Counted from the first letter of the stretch, positions 19,839 through 31,825 are shown. The stretch: DNA of 64,000 bases from an uncultured Christensenellaceae bacterium (GCA_944381325.1 CALWKS010000003.1:265204-329203); one strand, 5' to 3'. The notes: generated by a model from the letters alone, not told the origin. Numbers and translations: made by a program.

Positions 19839-21212
19839 TTATTTTTCCTTTTCGTATTTTTTATTTAAATATTCTATCATCTGTTCAGTTTGCGACTTTG
19901 TAAGATAGGGTACTTTTATCGTAGATCTGAAATAAAAATTACATTTGAGCACTAGGTTTCTTATTTCCTTAGCGCTTATATATTTATACTTTTGAGCATT
20001 TTCAGGCAATTTAACAGGTGCAACAAGTCTGACTTTTCGACGCAAAGAATCCCCGATTTCTTCCGTTTCTTCAGAAATCACCTGTCCGACAGCAAATACT
20101 CCTTTTCCTTTCGAATAATAAAGAACGTAATCGTCTTTACTAAAACGCTCCACATATCTTTTCGCTGCACCGTATGCTGCGACATAGCCACCATCTATCA
20201 TTTCTCTTTCGTTCATTTCAGAATAAGATCTGTTTGTATCGAACATTATTCCTTTCACAACCTTATTATTAATTTTTTCGTTTTGCATGCGCGTGATAAA
20301 TTTCACCCAAGTGCGGATGTTTTCAGGAATAAGAGCATTGTAATCATCGTCGTTTAATGCAAATTCATAAAGATCATCAGGGGATACTTCCTTTATATTC
20401 TCTGCAGAGTCCTCGTCATAAATAACTTTACCTTGTGTAGTCAACAAAAACACTTCCCCTTTCAGATCTCTGTAACTGCTTACATAAAGATTTTCTTCTC
20501 CCTTCTTGACCTGAATATAAATATGTTTTTGTTCTTTAGCATAGGGATCAACGAGAACGCATTCGTATAACGGAGTTGCCAGCTTATTAGTCGAAGGTAC
20601 GCATATATATTTGTGTTTTGCATAAAGCCACATACACAACAGATCTTCTACATCTGACGGCTGAAGCATATTGTAGAAAACATCACGGGTAAGCTTGATA
20701 TCCTCTTCCTCGTAAATTTTCTTTCCCGAAATCCTGTTGTAACTAATTTTGCTGAATTCCATAACCCCGGCTTTCTTTATTCTTTGAAAAGTACTGCCCT
20801 TTATAAATGCCGTACTTATTGCGCCGGGAACAGAAAGTTCGTCGCTGAACTCTGAAATTTCTTTCCACCTCAAATTAATAAACTGATTGGCGACATCAAT
20901 GCTCAGTGCATCTTTGCCTGCATTGAAAATCCATCTGCTGTCTTCTTCAACTCTGGCAATATAATATTTTCCTTTATTTCTGCACCATATTATATCTCCT
21001 GTTTTTACTTCGTTTGCAAATCTTTTTACAGCCCCACTCGACACACTCACTTTCGCTGCTGCCTTCTCCCAATCCTCGTATGTTTTAATATTTTCGCGTT
21101 CATTTTGAGGAATACCCGGCAAACTCCACCCCATTGCAGCAAGATTATTGTTCAAACAATACTCCGTTCTGTCATTGTATTTATCTTTGAAATAAATCCT
21201 CCATACGTCCAT
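19839..21212 (-). CDS. hypothetical protein with two PUA-like (EVE/ASCH-type) modules flanking a PD-(D/E)xK nuclease-like core; candidate modification-dependent restriction enzyme
   Basis: 457 aa with a GGGAGGAAA RBS. N-terminal ...VKTGDIIWCRNKGKYYIARVEED and C-terminal ...FSKDDYVLYYSKGKGVFAVGQV resemble PUA-like beta-barrels. The middle segment LYECVLVDPYAKEQKHIYIQVKKG fits a D...QxK nuclease motif. Confidence 0.5.
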   Translation of the reverse strand: MDVWRIYFKDKYNDRTEYCLNNNLAAMGWSLPGIPQNERENIKTYEDWEKAAAKVSVSSGAVKRFANEVKTGDIIWCRNKGKYYIARVEEDSRWIFNAGKDALSIDVANQFINLRWKEISEFSDELSVPGAISTAFIKGSTFQRIKKAGVMEFSKISYNRISGKKIYEEEDIKLTRDVFYNMLQPSDVEDLLCMWLYAKHKYICVPSTNKLATPLYECVLVDPYAKEQKHIYIQVKKGEENLYVSSYRDLKGEVFLLTTQGKVIYDEDSAENIKEVSPDDLYEFALNDDDYNALIPENIRTWVKFITRMQNEKINNKVVKGIMFDTNRSYSEMNEREMIDGGYVAAYGAAKRYVERFSKDDYVLYYSKGKGVFAVGQVISEETEEIGDSLRRKVRLVAPVKLPENAQKYKYISAKEIRNLVLKCNFYFRSTIKVPYLTKSQTEQMIEYLNKKYEKEK

Positions 21213-21306
21213 TCTGCCTGTTTCCTCCCTTCAAATGCATTTATGTATTCTGACCAATCGATAAAAATTTCTAAATTCTATTCTTTAATTGTGCTCCGAT
21301 GTATAA

Positions 21307-21340
21307 AAAAAACCGGATCTAACAGAGTCAGTCCGGATTT
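21307..21340 (-). terminator. weak terminator after the tRNA pair
   Basis: Only a 5-bp stem, CCGGA (21314-21318) / TCCGG (21333-21337), followed on the minus strand by an 8-T run. Confidence 0.3.
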
Positions 21341-21341
21341 T

Positions 21342-21418
21342 GGTAGCGGTGATCGGAGTCGAACCAATGACCTGCCGGGTATGAACCGGCCGCTCTAACC
21401 AACTAAGCTACACCGCCA
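21342..21418 (-). tRNA. tRNA with anticodon CAT (elongator Met, or Ile2 if lysidine-modified)
   Basis: Reverse complement folds as GGCGGTG-TA-GCTT..GAGC-G-GCCGG-TTCATAC-CCGGC-AGGTC-ATTGG-TTCGACT-CCGAT-CACCGCT-A-CCA. 77 nt. Confidence 0.85.
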
Positions 21419-21421
21419 AAT

Positions 21422-21496
<75 letters not shown>

Positions 21497-21525
21497 TGTT
21501 CATCGCTTTTCTTAATGCTGTATTA

Positions 21526-21554
21526 TAATAGAATATATTTTGTTTTTTGTCAAG
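21526..21554 (-). promoter_or_regulatory. promoter for the tRNA-fMet/tRNA-Met pair
   Basis: On the minus strand: TTGACA (21554-21549), 17-nt spacer, TATTAT (21531-21526), about 30 nt upstream of the tRNA. Confidence 0.45.
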
Positions 21555-21586
21555 AGGTTTGACAATGTTTTTCAAAAATAGACTTT

Positions 21587-22456
21587 TTAATCTCGCTTAA
21601 GACCTGTTTTATAGCGCAGATAGCCTTCCATATTGCTTGTTTCACTGTTTATCACTTCGCCAACGCCAAGATAATCCATTATGCAAAGAAGAAGTATTCC
21701 GCTGCCAACAATGACGTCTTTACGTCCCGGCTCAAGCCCTGTGATCAGATCTCTTTTCTCCATCGGCGTATTGTGTATCGTATCAACGATATGCTTTATA
21801 CTGTCTCTTGAGAGTGCCCTGTGATGCAATGCCGTCTCGTCGTATTCTTTAAGCTGAGCATCTACGCTTGCCAGCGTAGAAGCAGAGCCTCCGATACTGT
21901 ATAATCTGTCAAAAGTTATACCTTCTAAGCAATATTCTTTGACTTTTTCTTTGCAATACGCGCTGATAGCCTCAACGTCCTCTCCGAAACTTTCTTTAAG
22001 CCTTACGCTTCCGACGTGCAGACTTTTGCCGTACTCGATACCGTTTTCGTCGCCGACAGCCAGCTCTGTAGAAGCTCCGCCGATATCCACAAGCGCAACC
22101 TTGCCTGAAGTGTATGCGCCGAGAAAACCTATCTTTGCTTCAACGTCTCCTGACACCACATCTATATTTATGCCGTCTTTTTTAAGCATATTCACGAATT
22201 CGCCGCCGTTGACTGCACTTCTCACCGCTTCTGTAGCGAAAGGATACAACGCATCGCAATTCAGCTTCTCCGCTTCTTTTGCAAAAGTTACGATTGTGTC
22301 GCGTGTACGGTGCATCGCCTCATCGCACAGTTTTCCGCTGGCATTAAGTCCTTCTGACAGCCTTGTGATCTTCAACATTCTCAAAAGCGACTTGCTTCCG
22401 TCCCTTACAAGAAGTCTTACGCTGTTTGAACCGATATCGATTACTGCATATTTCAT
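21587..22456 (-). CDS. Ppx/GppA family phosphatase (exopolyphosphatase-like)
   Basis: 289 aa. The N-terminal MKYAVIDIGSNSVRLLV and VDIGGASTEL motifs fit the ASKHA-fold Ppx/GppA family. Confidence 0.85.
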   Translation of the reverse strand: MKYAVIDIGSNSVRLLVRDGSKSLLRMLKITRLSEGLNASGKLCDEAMHRTRDTIVTFAKEAEKLNCDALYPFATEAVRSAVNGGEFVNMLKKDGINIDVVSGDVEAKIGFLGAYTSGKVALVDIGGASTELAVGDENGIEYGKSLHVGSVRLKESFGEDVEAISAYCKEKVKEYCLEGITFDRLYSIGGSASTLASVDAQLKEYDETALHHRALSRDSIKHIVDTIHNTPMEKRDLITGLEPGRKDVIVGSGILLLCIMDYLGVGEVINSETSNMEGYLRYKTGLKRD

Positions 22457-22534
22457 ATTTGATATTATATATTATTTATTTTATTGCCGTAAAGCGATAC
22501 TGAAAAACATTTTTAATTAAATGCGATTTTTTAG

Positions 22535-22563
22535 TTGACAATTTGCCTTAATTATATTATATT
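22535..22563 (+). promoter_or_regulatory. promoter for tRNA-Glu
   Basis: TTGACA (22535-22540), 17-nt spacer, TATATT (22558-22563). Confidence 0.4.
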
Positions 22564-22581
22564 GTAAAAGCAATTTTATGC

Positions 22582-22656
22582 GGCTCCATGGTCAAGCGGT
22601 CAAGACATCGCCCTTTCACGGCGGTAACCCGGGTTCGATTCCCGGTGGAGTCACCA
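22582..22656 (+). tRNA. tRNA-Glu (anticodon TTC), CCA encoded
   Basis: GGCTCCA-TG-GTC..GAC-A-TCGCC-CTTTCAC-GGCGG-TAAC-CCGGG-TTCGATT-CCCGG-TGGAGTC-A-CCA. The anticodon arm is the type seen in bacterial tRNA-Glu. Confidence 0.9.
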
Positions 22657-22662
22657 AGAAGA

Positions 22663-22696
22663 AGACAGATACAAAATCGTATCTGTCTTTTTCTTT
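22663..22696 (+). terminator. rho-independent terminator after tRNA-Glu
   Basis: 9-bp stem AGACAGATA / TATCTGTCT with an 8-nt loop, then TTTTCTTT. Confidence 0.7.
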
Positions 22697-22973
22697 GCAC
22701 TTCTGACGAGAAGCGAACGCGCACGCGCTTTTATTCTCAACACGCAGTAACTACCGCGCGACGCGTTCGTGCTCGCAGAGCTTTGCGACACACACGCAAA
22801 AAGCTGTTCAAGCGCAGACTGTCTCTGTCGCAATCCCCCGGTGGAGTTTTTGCGTGTTTTCTCCTCCCCCGTTTATCTCACCCGTGTTTAAGTATTGCCG
22901 CTACGCGTCAATTCTTTACCCGCTGCACGCGATTGTCTGCTTTGCAGATTCCCTATCGGCAATCGCTGTAAGA

Positions 22974-22994
22974 CGATTCCCGGTGGAGTCACCA
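22974..22994 (+). repeat. 21-nt exact direct repeat of the tRNA-Glu 3-prime end (att-like)
   Basis: CGATTCCCGGTGGAGTCACCA occurs at 22636-22656 (inside the tRNA) and again at 22974-22994. A third, partial copy CCCGGTGGAGT lies at 22837-22847. Confidence 0.85.
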
Positions 22995-23188
22995 AAAAAG
23001 TTATAAGCAAATCCGTTTCCATTAGTAGACGGGCTCTCTTTTTTCATTTACTTAAAAATAACTTTAAGGCATAAACTAAGCACTTTCGGCGTTTTAGAGT
23101 GCTTATTTGTTTTTACATATAGCTACATTGCTTTATGTGTAAAAATATTGTATTATATAATAAAATTATGATTTTACAAGGAGACTTT

Positions 23189-23614
23189 ATGGCTTATTTA
23201 GATGAATTTCACAAGATGGTTGGCGATACGATTATGGAATGCCAAAGAATAGAACATGATATTAAACTAATGTATGCCGGAATGCTTAAAGGTGATTTTT
23301 ATAAAAATCTTGAAAAAATAAAAGATAAGTCACTTGGTCCAGTTCTTGAAAAACTTGAAGATTTGGATAATAGCGATAATAAACCTTATTTGTCAAAAAA
23401 CGATTATGATTTACTACAAGAAATCAAAGACGTTAGAAATTGGTTAGTACATAAATCTTATATGGACTTTATGTATGATAAATATGCGCAATGGGACAGA
23501 AACCTAAATGAAAGTTACAAGAAATTAAAAAATTTTTACAATAGAATGAAATCTTTGAGTAACCAAGTTGAGAATGTCCGTTGTGAAATGATGAAGCATT
23601 TTGGAAGAGCTTAG
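23189..23614 (+). CDS. small HEPN-like protein (Rx4H motif)
   Basis: The ORF track gives 23135..23614. The likely start is the ATG at 23189 (MAYLDEFHKM) after an AAGGAGA RBS. It contains EIKDVRNWLVHKSY, an R-N-x3-H HEPN-type motif, in a predicted helical protein. Confidence 0.5.
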   Translation: MAYLDEFHKMVGDTIMECQRIEHDIKLMYAGMLKGDFYKNLEKIKDKSLGPVLEKLEDLDNSDNKPYLSKNDYDLLQEIKDVRNWLVHKSYMDFMYDKYAQWDRNLNESYKKLKNFYNRMKSLSNQVENVRCEMMKHFGRA

Positions 23615-23624
23615 AAGGGTAAAT

Positions 23625-24785
23625 ATGATATTAGATATTACAAATGATGTTTTCAGAAATATTTTTTCAGATGAGCAATTTAATTTGCCAATACGTTGGG
23701 ATGGAAAAGATTTTATCGAGGCACTAAAAAATTTATTTAAAGAATATTGTTTTAGAGTTTGTAGCAATCAAAACGAAAATTGTCGATTGAATGCTTATTG
23801 GCAATCTGCCTCAGGACAATTAGAATATTCCATAGGTTGTAATGATAGAAATTGCCCTGCGTATAAAATTAAGCATGTGTGCAACAAAATTATTGAAATT
23901 GTTGATGCTTATCTTAATGGTTTTCCATCAAAAGCATACAACATATTTAAGTATTTAATGAAAGAAGTTATACACTCTCCAATTAAAATTTATCCAAAAA
24001 ACGGATGGACTAACGCATTTGAAGAGCAAGATCCTTTGTCATTGTTTCGTGTAGTAAGCGTGGATGATAATATAAACCAGCCTCGAAGCAGAGTTTTTCA
24101 CACTCCATATAATTTACGTACAAAAGTTGGAACAAATCGTTATAGTATTGCAGGTTTTCCAAGCTTATATTTGGGAACGACGGTGAAACTTTGCTTAGAA
24201 GAATTGAGGTGTGATCCTTATAAGAAATATTCATTATGTTCAAAATTTAAAATAGATAGGAATGGACAACAAAATGAAACAGAAATTGATGTTATCGAAT
24301 TAGGCATAAAGCCACAGGATTTTTTTGAAGACAGGGAAAAAGAATCGTTTGTCTCACGAAAAAGAAAAATAGAAAAAGAAATGCTTGATTCGCCAAATGT
24401 TAGGACTTCATATTTATTATGGTTTCCTATTATTGCAGCAAGTTCGTTTATTAGAGCAAATAAACAAGATCCTTTTGCCCCTGAATATATCATTCCACAA
24501 CTTATTATGCAATGGGCAAGAAAACAAAACGATGATAATAGTAACAAATTATATGGTATTAGATATTTTTCTTGTTCTTCAATAAAAGCATCGAATTTAG
24601 GTTTCAATTATGTTTTTCCAACAAGTGGTAAAAAATATAATCTTTTGGATAAATATTGTGAAGTTTTAGCTAAATCATTTAAATTGTCAAAACCGATTTA
24701 TATTCACGAGTTTGAAACTGTACAAGATTGTGAAAAATATTTATCCTTATTAAAAGATTGTGAATTTGATTACATTGATAAGTAA
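23625..24785 (+). CDS. RES-domain protein (extended, 386 aa)
   Basis: The ORF track gives 23601..24785 with a TTG start. The ATG at 23625 lies 10 nt after the upstream stop. GTNRYSIAGFPSLYLGTTVKLCLEEL and LYGIRYFSCSSIKASNLGFNYVFP match the conserved R, E and S blocks of RES domains. Confidence 0.6.
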   Translation: MILDITNDVFRNIFSDEQFNLPIRWDGKDFIEALKNLFKEYCFRVCSNQNENCRLNAYWQSASGQLEYSIGCNDRNCPAYKIKHVCNKIIEIVDAYLNGFPSKAYNIFKYLMKEVIHSPIKIYPKNGWTNAFEEQDPLSLFRVVSVDDNINQPRSRVFHTPYNLRTKVGTNRYSIAGFPSLYLGTTVKLCLEELRCDPYKKYSLCSKFKIDRNGQQNETEIDVIELGIKPQDFFEDREKESFVSRKRKIEKEMLDSPNVRTSYLLWFPIIAASSFIRANKQDPFAPEYIIPQLIMQWARKQNDDNSNKLYGIRYFSCSSIKASNLGFNYVFPTSGKKYNLLDKYCEVLAKSFKLSKPIYIHEFETVQDCEKYLSLLKDCEFDYIDK

Positions 24786-25306
24786 GATGAATTGTAAACT
24801 AAGTGCAACAATTTTGCAATTCCTGTGAAATAAATCTGATGATTTTTGCAACCAAGCACCTTTTTATGTCTGGCGTTTATCAACGCCAGATTCTTTTTCA
24901 GGGTCTTCTCTTTTGCGCGGAAAAGATTACCCCCTTTCAGATAAAACTCTCTAAGCAATATGTTGCTGTTTTCGTTTATTTCTTTTTGCCATTCGCAATA
25001 CATACCTGCAAAACATTCGCTACATTCAGCTTTTTTCAGCCGCGCCTATGACCGCTTGTTTGAGATAAGCAATATAAGTATCGCCGCTTTATATGAAACA
25101 GAGATGCGACATATCGCACGCTTAAAGTTTAAGCTATTAAATTTTGTACATTTGTAACCTTTACGGCGACTTATACATAGTATGTAATGTACTAAAGATG
25201 AAGCTACCTTTCAGTCATAAAATATCCTCTATCCGGCAAAAGCTAAAGCGGCGGGGAGCATTGAGCTCCCCGTCTTGATTTTATATTCGGAAAACAATAA
25301 TAAATT

Positions 25307-26056
25307 TCAAAACGACGTTACGTCAACCCCGCAAACAAGACGCGCACGCTCTTCAAGAACTTTCTGAATGCTTTGGTCTCCGCTGTGAACTTTTAAAAGT
25401 CTTTCATCTGAAAAGCAGTCTTTGGGCGCGACTTTAAGAAGTTGTCTGACCACTCCGCCAGCACCGCTCACCACGTTGAATTTATATCTGCGACGAATGT
25501 AATCCTCAAGATAAGAATAATGCGTGCAGCCTATCACGACTGAGCCGATATTTCTGTCAAGATACGGTGCCAATATAAGGTTGAGCATTCTTTCAGCTTC
25601 TTTGAGACAAGGAAAATCCCTCTCGATAAGATAAGCAAGGCGCGCGCAGTCGGGCGTGTAAAACGCCTTTCCCTGATCGGATTGAAGCAGCCTCACAAAG
25701 CGTTTTTGCATCAGCGTAAGCGGAGTTGCCAGCACGAGTACGTCTCCTTCAAAACAAAGCGCAGGCTTTACTGCGGGCTCTGTGCCTACGAATATTATAT
25801 CTTTAAACTCTTTTCTCAACTCGTCGATGCACACGGCGGTTGCCGTATTGCAAGCAAGAACGATCACTCCCGCGCCCTCTTTTATAAGTTTTTCAGTTAC
25901 TTTTTTAAGATGGCTTGTAAGCACGTTTGCGGTGAGCGCGCCGTACGGCATATAATCGCTGTCAGAGTAATATAAAAACTCCCCGCCTTTGCTCTCAAAG
26001 GTCTTTGCAACAATAGTAAGTCCGCCTATTCCGCTGTCAAGAAACGCCGTTTTCAT
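25307..26056 (-). CDS. murI: glutamate racemase
   Basis: 249 aa. FLDSGIGGLT, VLACNTAT and VIGCTHYSYL, with both catalytic Cys motifs present. Confidence 0.9.
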   Translation of the reverse strand: MKTAFLDSGIGGLTIVAKTFESKGGEFLYYSDSDYMPYGALTANVLTSHLKKVTEKLIKEGAGVIVLACNTATAVCIDELRKEFKDIIFVGTEPAVKPALCFEGDVLVLATPLTLMQKRFVRLLQSDQGKAFYTPDCARLAYLIERDFPCLKEAERMLNLILAPYLDRNIGSVVIGCTHYSYLEDYIRRRYKFNVVSGAGGVVRQLLKVAPKDCFSDERLLKVHSGDQSIQKVLEERARLVCGVDVTSF

Positions 26057-26124
26057 ACTGTTATATATGGCAATCCAATTGCCGTTATGCCATAAAGCGC
26101 CTTATTAAGACACTTTTTAAGCCT

Positions 26125-26823
26125 TCAGAAACAATCGTATAATGCTTTTGCGATATGCTTTGCCGAAGCGTCCACCTTAACGTCGGCATCGTAAGGTATA
26201 TAATATCCCTTGCCATCCCATGCACCGAGGTCTGCGGCGCTTATAATGAAAGGCACTCCTATTGCGATAAAACGAGTTTTGAGCGCGGCTGAATCCAGCA
26301 CGCTTCCGCTACCCACTCCTCCGCCGGGGCGCAGACAGCCGTCGGTAAACTGGTAACACGCGCCCAGCCTTTGCGCTTTTGCCGTCGCAAGCGCGTCAAC
26401 CGCTATCACATAATCGGGAGAAAAGCCGTCAGCCACCGCCTGAACGAGTTTTACAGAATCGAGATTGGTAAGCGCGCCTACGTCGGGAGCGAATACGCTT
26501 ATGCGGCTGCCAGCTATATTAAATCCTTTAAGGTATTCGACTACTTTTTTGCCCAGTGCATCCGCCACTACGTCTCCGTTGCCGAAACCTACGACAAGCG
26601 CCGTCTTACCTCTTTTGACAAAAGAATGCAAAGCCGAATAAAGCGCCTTACCCGTGTCAGACTCAGAGTCAGTCTGCACGGTAACGTAATTGCCTTCTCT
26701 CCTGCCCGTCTTCTCTGCAAGTTTTTTATCTATCTTGTAGACGTCAAACTCAGCGCCGTACTTTTCATACCTGCGCCCTTTCAGCGTTTTTATCTCGTCT
26801 GCTTCTATCAAAAGTTTCTGCAT
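26125..26823 (-). CDS. GPR endopeptidase-family protein (germination protease-like, short form)
   Basis: 232 aa. ALVVGFGNGDVVADALGKKVV and YVIAVDALATAKAQRLGACYQFTDGCLRPGGGVGSG resemble GPR motifs. Its position next to rpsT matches the Bacillus/Clostridium rpsT-gpr neighbourhood. It is shorter than typical GPR. Confidence 0.55.
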   Translation of the reverse strand: MQKLLIEADEIKTLKGRRYEKYGAEFDVYKIDKKLAEKTGRREGNYVTVQTDSESDTGKALYSALHSFVKRGKTALVVGFGNGDVVADALGKKVVEYLKGFNIAGSRISVFAPDVGALTNLDSVKLVQAVADGFSPDYVIAVDALATAKAQRLGACYQFTDGCLRPGGGVGSGSVLDSAALKTRFIAIGVPFIISAADLGAWDGKGYYIPYDADVKVDASAKHIAKALYDCF

Positions 26824-27045
26824 ATACTCCTCTCTTTAGATTTTGTCTGAAAACGCCGTTTTTCAAGGCAATTCAGCATATCGGATATTCAGTATGAACT
26901 GAGTCTTAACTCTGTGTGATTATTGACTTTTGCACGCGCGCTAAAAAATTATTGTAAAAAAAGTCGTAAATATGTTGAAAATTTATTGCTTTATCAAATT
27001 TCTTGTGATAGAATAATTTAGCAAATACGAGAATGGAGGGAAACT

Positions 27046-27318
27046 ATGCCTAACATTAAGTCCCAGAAAAAAAGAGTTTTGATTACGAAGAAGGAGAATG
27101 AAATCAATTCTGCTAAGCGCACCCGCGTACGCAACAGCATCAAGAAGTTCGAAGCAGCAGTTGCTGAAAAGAACGTTGAAGCTGCTACCGCTCTGCTCGC
27201 TGAAGCTGTATCTCTTCTCGATCGTGCAAGACTGGACGGCGTATATCATGCAAATACAGTCAGCAGATACGTCGGCAGACTTTCTAAGAAGTTGGACGCT
27301 CTTAAGAAAGCTGAGTAA
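27046..27318 (+). CDS. rpsT: 30S ribosomal protein S20
   Basis: 90 aa. MPNIKSQKKRVLITKKENEINSAKRTRVRNSIKKFE, with a GGAGGG RBS. Confidence 0.93.
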   Translation: MPNIKSQKKRVLITKKENEINSAKRTRVRNSIKKFEAAVAEKNVEAATALLAEAVSLLDRARLDGVYHANTVSRYVGRLSKKLDALKKAE

Positions 27319-27339
27319 TTGACAGAAGATCAAAAACGT

Positions 27340-27368
27340 GAGCCGCGGACAACGCGGCTCTTATTTTT
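27340..27368 (+). terminator. rho-independent terminator after rpsT
   Basis: 8-bp stem GAGCCGCG / CGCGGCTC with loop GACAA, then TTATTTTT. Confidence 0.8.
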
Positions 27369-27505
27369 GTACTGTAATTCATTCTTATCTTTTACTTATT
27401 CGGAACTGATTACACTTGATATTTTACCGATTTTAAGATCATATCAAAAAACGACATTAAAAAAGACGCTGACTCAGCGTCTTTTTTATACATGTTAATT
27501 CTTTA

Positions 27506-28492
27506 TTATCTCCAGAGAACTTTGAGCGTTTCTCTGTCCAGAACTCCCCATCTGCCGTCCTGACGGACAATAGCTTTGCCGTTTTCAAAAGCAGTAGCCA
27601 CGTCAAACTCCATCGGGAGAACTTCAGCGCCGTCCTTGTCTATATACCCCGTCTTCTCTCCTATACTGACCGCGGCAAGTCCTTCTGAAAAACTGGTCGC
27701 GCTGTCGTATTTGTAATCTATGACAAGCTCATTCTTTTTATCTATAAATCCCAGCAAGCCGTCCTTTTCAACGCAAGCTCTGTCCTCTCTGAACGGATAT
27801 GCGTTGTCATATACGGGCTGAATAAGCACGTTGCCTTTCCAGTCCTTGTATCCCCACTTGCCCTGACGGCAGAACTTCACGATGCTGTCAGGAGTGAGCT
27901 GTTCTTTCTGAGGTTTTTCGGGAGCAGGTCTTTCTCTTTTGCCGAAAACGAGATCGTGCAGATTGACGTTGTCGTAAGGCTTGTAATCATACTTGGGTCT
28001 GCCGTTCTTTTCCTGCTTGTTCTTCTGATTTTTGTTCTGAACGGGCGCGCTTTGCTTATTATTGCGCTCTGATGCCTTGTTCTGAACGTTCTTTTCATTT
28101 TGCTGTTTCTTGAGATTGTTCTTGTCAGCAGAATTTTTGTTTTTATTGTCTTCCTGTCTACGCTCTTTTTCCTGAGGTTTTTTAACGTTCTGTACGTCAG
28201 GCGATTCGACCTTGGGTTCATCGGGTCTGAAAGAAAGTCCGAGTTTTTTAAGCGCGTTGGACACTTCAATACACTCGCGTTTGCCGACATATCTTATACG
28301 GTACAGATCTCCCGCACATCTTTTTGCAAGATCTCTTGCAATCGCTACTCCGCCGTCTCTGAGAATGCCTTCGGTTTTCTCTGACAACCCCATCGCTTCA
28401 AGAGGAGTGGAAAGCGCCGCCGCGTCGCCCTGAGGCTCGTAGCCGTCGTTCAATCTCTTTTTATTATTTCTTTTTCTGTTATCCTTTCCCAT
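27506..28492 (-). CDS. WG (KWG) repeat-containing protein with a K/N/Q-rich linker and an N-terminal HhH-like segment
   Basis: The ORF track gives 27506..28606; the start is probably MGKDNRKRNNKK at 28492 and remains uncertain because no clear RBS is present. The C-terminus has repeated motifs: WGYKDWKGNVLIQPVYDNAYPF, GLLGFIDKKNELVIDYKYDSATSF, KTGYIDKDGAEVLPMEFD, GRWGVLD. Confidence 0.6.
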   Translation of the reverse strand: MGKDNRKRNNKKRLNDGYEPQGDAAALSTPLEAMGLSEKTEGILRDGGVAIARDLAKRCAGDLYRIRYVGKRECIEVSNALKKLGLSFRPDEPKVESPDVQNVKKPQEKERRQEDNKNKNSADKNNLKKQQNEKNVQNKASERNNKQSAPVQNKNQKNKQEKNGRPKYDYKPYDNVNLHDLVFGKRERPAPEKPQKEQLTPDSIVKFCRQGKWGYKDWKGNVLIQPVYDNAYPFREDRACVEKDGLLGFIDKKNELVIDYKYDSATSFSEGLAAVSIGEKTGYIDKDGAEVLPMEFDVATAFENGKAIVRQDGRWGVLDRETLKVLWR

Positions 28493-28629
28493 ATAAATTG
28501 ATATTACCACAATTTTCAAAGATAAGCAACCCATATGCCGAAACCTGTCGCTTATCTTTGCGAAAATGCGCGAAATCACCTGAATATCGGCAATTCCGCG
28601 CATCACATCTCAATGTTTAATTTGCATTA

Positions 28630-31686
<3,057 letters not shown>

Positions 31687-31825
31687 TTATAAAATTATAC
31701 CGCCGTGAGCGCTCTTTTGTCAATCGCGGTTTTATTTCAAGGCTATATTTTTCACGCGCAGGCATAAAACTTCCTATTTAAAAATCGTTTGTGTTTTTCA
31801 CGCGGGTTATGATATAATAGAGACT

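Noticed and set aside
21105-21398. 97-aa plus-strand ORF running into the tRNA-Met gene.
   Set aside because: It overlaps the start of the PUA/nuclease gene, the intergenic region and a tRNA on the opposite strand, and has no coding signal.
22588-22971. 127-aa Arg-rich ORF starting inside tRNA-Glu and covering the GC-rich spacer.
   Set aside because: It starts within the tRNA, has no RBS, and gives an Arg/Ser/Cys-rich low-complexity translation. The region is better explained as non-coding att-remnant sequence.
24770-25003. 77-aa minus-strand ORF considered as an integrase or recombinase remnant at the island end.
   Set aside because: It shows no catalytic-motif similarity that I can recognise (no R..HxxR..Y or serine-recombinase motif). 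It is short and has an upstream in-frame stop.
27877-28433. Alternative-frame ORFs in the K/N/Q-rich linker region of the WG-repeat protein.
   Set aside because: They are low-complexity frame artefacts of the repetitive AAG/AAC/CAG-rich coding sequence.
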